Shown in pieces: positions 61,922 to 64,000 of a stretch of 64,000 bases of DNA. Under the pieces are notes generated by a model. The model had not been told where the DNA came from. It saw only the letters and a program-made list of their open reading frames with translations, and made no database searches. The translations under genes and the position numbers were made by a program. The stretch spans positions 62,001-126,000 of the forward strand of contig JALDZX010000024.1 in NCBI GenBank assembly GCA_022813865.1. The letters run 5' to 3'. This DNA is from Xylographa opegraphella (lineage: Eukaryota). How positions within the stretch are numbered: the first letter of the stretch is position 1; each line of letters opens with the position of its first letter.

Positions 61922-64000
61922 TCAATCCCAATCCATCCCCTCCCCCCCCACAATCCCCCATCCCCCACTCTCAAGCACACCTCTCCGATCCAACTCCGCC
62001 TGATACCCCCTCCTCACATCCTCCAACCTCCACACCCTCCTCCCCTCTCCCCCCCCCTCGCCCTCAACCAAAACCCACCCCCCCACAAGCACAAGCGCAT
62101 TAATCGCAAGCAAATAATCCGCGAGCACATCCCCCCCCGCCTTCCCCTGCAGCCGCTGAAGCAACACAGCCGCGGCGCCGCGGAAATCGCCGCCACGCAG
62201 CCGCCACGCGTAGAGGATGCGGTAAAAGGGCGTGGCGGACTCGGGGGCGAGGCACTCGCGGCGGGCGTGCTCGACGAGGAGGGCGTCGACGTCGGGCGCG
62301 AGGGCGGTGAAGGGGAGGGCGAGCAGGGCGGCGACGGCGCCGCCGGCGGCCATGGCGGCGACGAGGCCGCGCAGCGCCTGCAGCTGCAGCGCACGGTCGG
62401 TGTAGCGGGTGAGGGCCGAGTGGGCGGCGCCGTAGTCGGCGAGGGCGAGGGAGGAGGCGAAGAGGCGGCCGAGCAGGTCCGAGGCTTGCGCGGCGGGGGG
62501 CGCGAACTGGAGCGCGCGGCGAGCGAAGCCTTGGATGTGGTGGTGCGCGCGCGCGGGCTCGAAGAGAGAGAGGACGTGTGCGTGGTAGTTGGCTGGGCCG
62601 GAGGAGAGGTAGGAGGCGGCGAGGGGGGTGAGGAGGTGGGAGGAGGCGAGGGAGTAGTCGATTGTGGGGTTGGGGCGGGCTGTGTTGGGGGGGAGGGGGT
62701 GGTCAGTTGGGGTTTGAGAGGTTGGAGGGGGAGGTGGGGATGCTTACAGAGGCTGTAGGCGGCTTTGTGGAAGAAGATGGTTGCTTCGGTGAATTCGTTA
62801 CGGACGAGGAGGAGACGGGCGCGGATGTACGTTGCCCAGGCGGTGGAGGGCTGGAAGATCAGGAAGCTGGACGCGAGGTCGACGTTGTTGTTCTTGAGGA
62901 GGTTGCATTGGATGTTGACCAGGACCCATTCCATGGTCACGGTCTGGTCGTTCCCGCCCGTCACCCACTTTAGGAGATCCTCGATGTTTCCTGTCACGGA
63001 CTCACTCTGGGTGATGGTGGTGTAGGCCTGTGGTCTGGTGTCTACCGCGAAGAGGTTTTCCAGAACGGTGGAGAGACGTCCAGGGGTATGTTGAGATGTA
63101 GGATTATCAAACGGCCGGCTTTCAGCCTTTCCGTGGGGATCCGGCCGTTTGGTCGTGGCTAGCCACTCGAGCATCTGATATTGCTTGAGCAGATTCGAAA
63201 CCTCGATGTATACCCGAGCGGCTTCGAAATTATCCAACTGGTGCTCTTCACGATCGAGCTCCATCTCAATAAAAACCACCAAAAGCAGAATATCGGTGAG
63301 AATCTGTTTATGCAGCGCGATCACTTCTTGGGCTCCTTTCACAAGCAATCCGAGGCCAAACTTGGTGGAGAGGAGGCCAGATACTTCTGTGGACATTGGC
63401 TGAAGAAACCTCTGGAGCAATTCCAGTATAAAATCAGTACCGAATGAATCAAGTCCTCCACCGGGCCTCAACGCGACCACAACGTCATCGTACTGTTTGT
63501 CGCTAATCTCATCGGTAAAATTGCAGCTTTCGTAGAAGGATTGAATCTGTATGGGCACAGAATATAGGCTGTCTCGCAAAAGCTCCTGCTGCACTGTATT
63601 GGCGCACTGTAGTTGAAGACCTTCGGAGAATGAGGCTCGAAATTGGGCTGCAACACCGACGAGAATCGCCAAGTCATCCGATTCCGTCTGAAAGGGCACA
63701 TTTGCAGACTCGATAGTACGTTCTGCTGTCTCGCGATCATGTACTATCAGGTCATACACCTTATTGTAAGCCATCTTCTCTACATCGCCGCACGCACGCA
63801 CAGCAGAGCACCCATCACCAAAGGTCAACCATGGCATTCCGGCAAACTCATCGAGAGCAAAGGAAAGTGGCTCCCATCGACTCTGATCCAAGTCGGATAC
63901 GATTGCCCAGAAATTCAGCCATTCGAGATGCGTTTGTTCGCGATATATGCCAGTATCGGCATTTGAAGCATCAAACTGGACCTGTGACCCGACACTGCGT
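61922..64000 (-). CDS. NUP120: Nucleoporin Nup120/Nup160, 3' part; gene continues beyond the window end
   Basis: STAWATYIRARLLL...ATIFFHKAAY, intron, RLFASSL...AAHSALTRY, LLALPF, FYRILYAWRLRGGDFRGAA, YLLAINAL, LEDVRRGYQAELDR. Confidence 0.9.

Noticed and set aside
61802..62758. Long + strand ORF, like many other GC-rich overlapping ORFs in the track
   Set aside because: Antisense or alternative frames of real genes in stop-poor skewed DNA; no recognisable motifs.
1673..64000. Two Y-complex nucleoporins (NUP84, NUP120) in one window as a functional cluster
   Set aside because: 57 kb and more than 20 unrelated genes apart; no evidence of co-regulation.

Overview
Gene-dense eukaryotic DNA from a filamentous ascomycete (Pezizomycotina). 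Short GT-AG introns with CTRAC/CTAAT branch points and the protein families support this; a lichen-forming lineage is only a guess. About 26 intron-containing, mostly housekeeping genes are recognisable: SUMO (partial), CMC4, NUP84, a BED-like/Zn2Cys6 transcription factor, PMC1 Ca2+-ATPase, COT1/CBK1 NDR kinase, TIM54, a D-2-hydroxyacid dehydrogenase, RPC10/RPB12, TRP4, mitochondrial uL10m, HST4, MED16, TBCE, PRP11/SF3A2, a conserved small protein, a SUZ protein, a secreted Pro/Thr-rich protein, NAR1, CK2 beta, an SDR, a GPI-anchored protein, a LARP1/Sro9-like protein, a tandem F-box-like protein, VPS37 and NUP120 (partial). I found no tRNA, rRNA, CRISPR array, transposase or secondary-metabolite cluster. 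Four signals are not explained by these genes. (1) Recurring GC-rich patches are built of ~1 kb units, C/A-rich then G/T-rich on the + strand whatever the gene orientation, with G-to-C switches in intergenic DNA; they also bias the encoded amino acids. (2) Two kinase-related genes have unusually long introns: COT1 with a candidate poison exon, and CK2 beta with internal splice signals and an H/ACA-like fold. (3) Several leaders carry uORFs or start-codon microexons. (4) Some orphan reading frames are interrupted by stops. All product calls come from motif recognition by eye; no database search was run.
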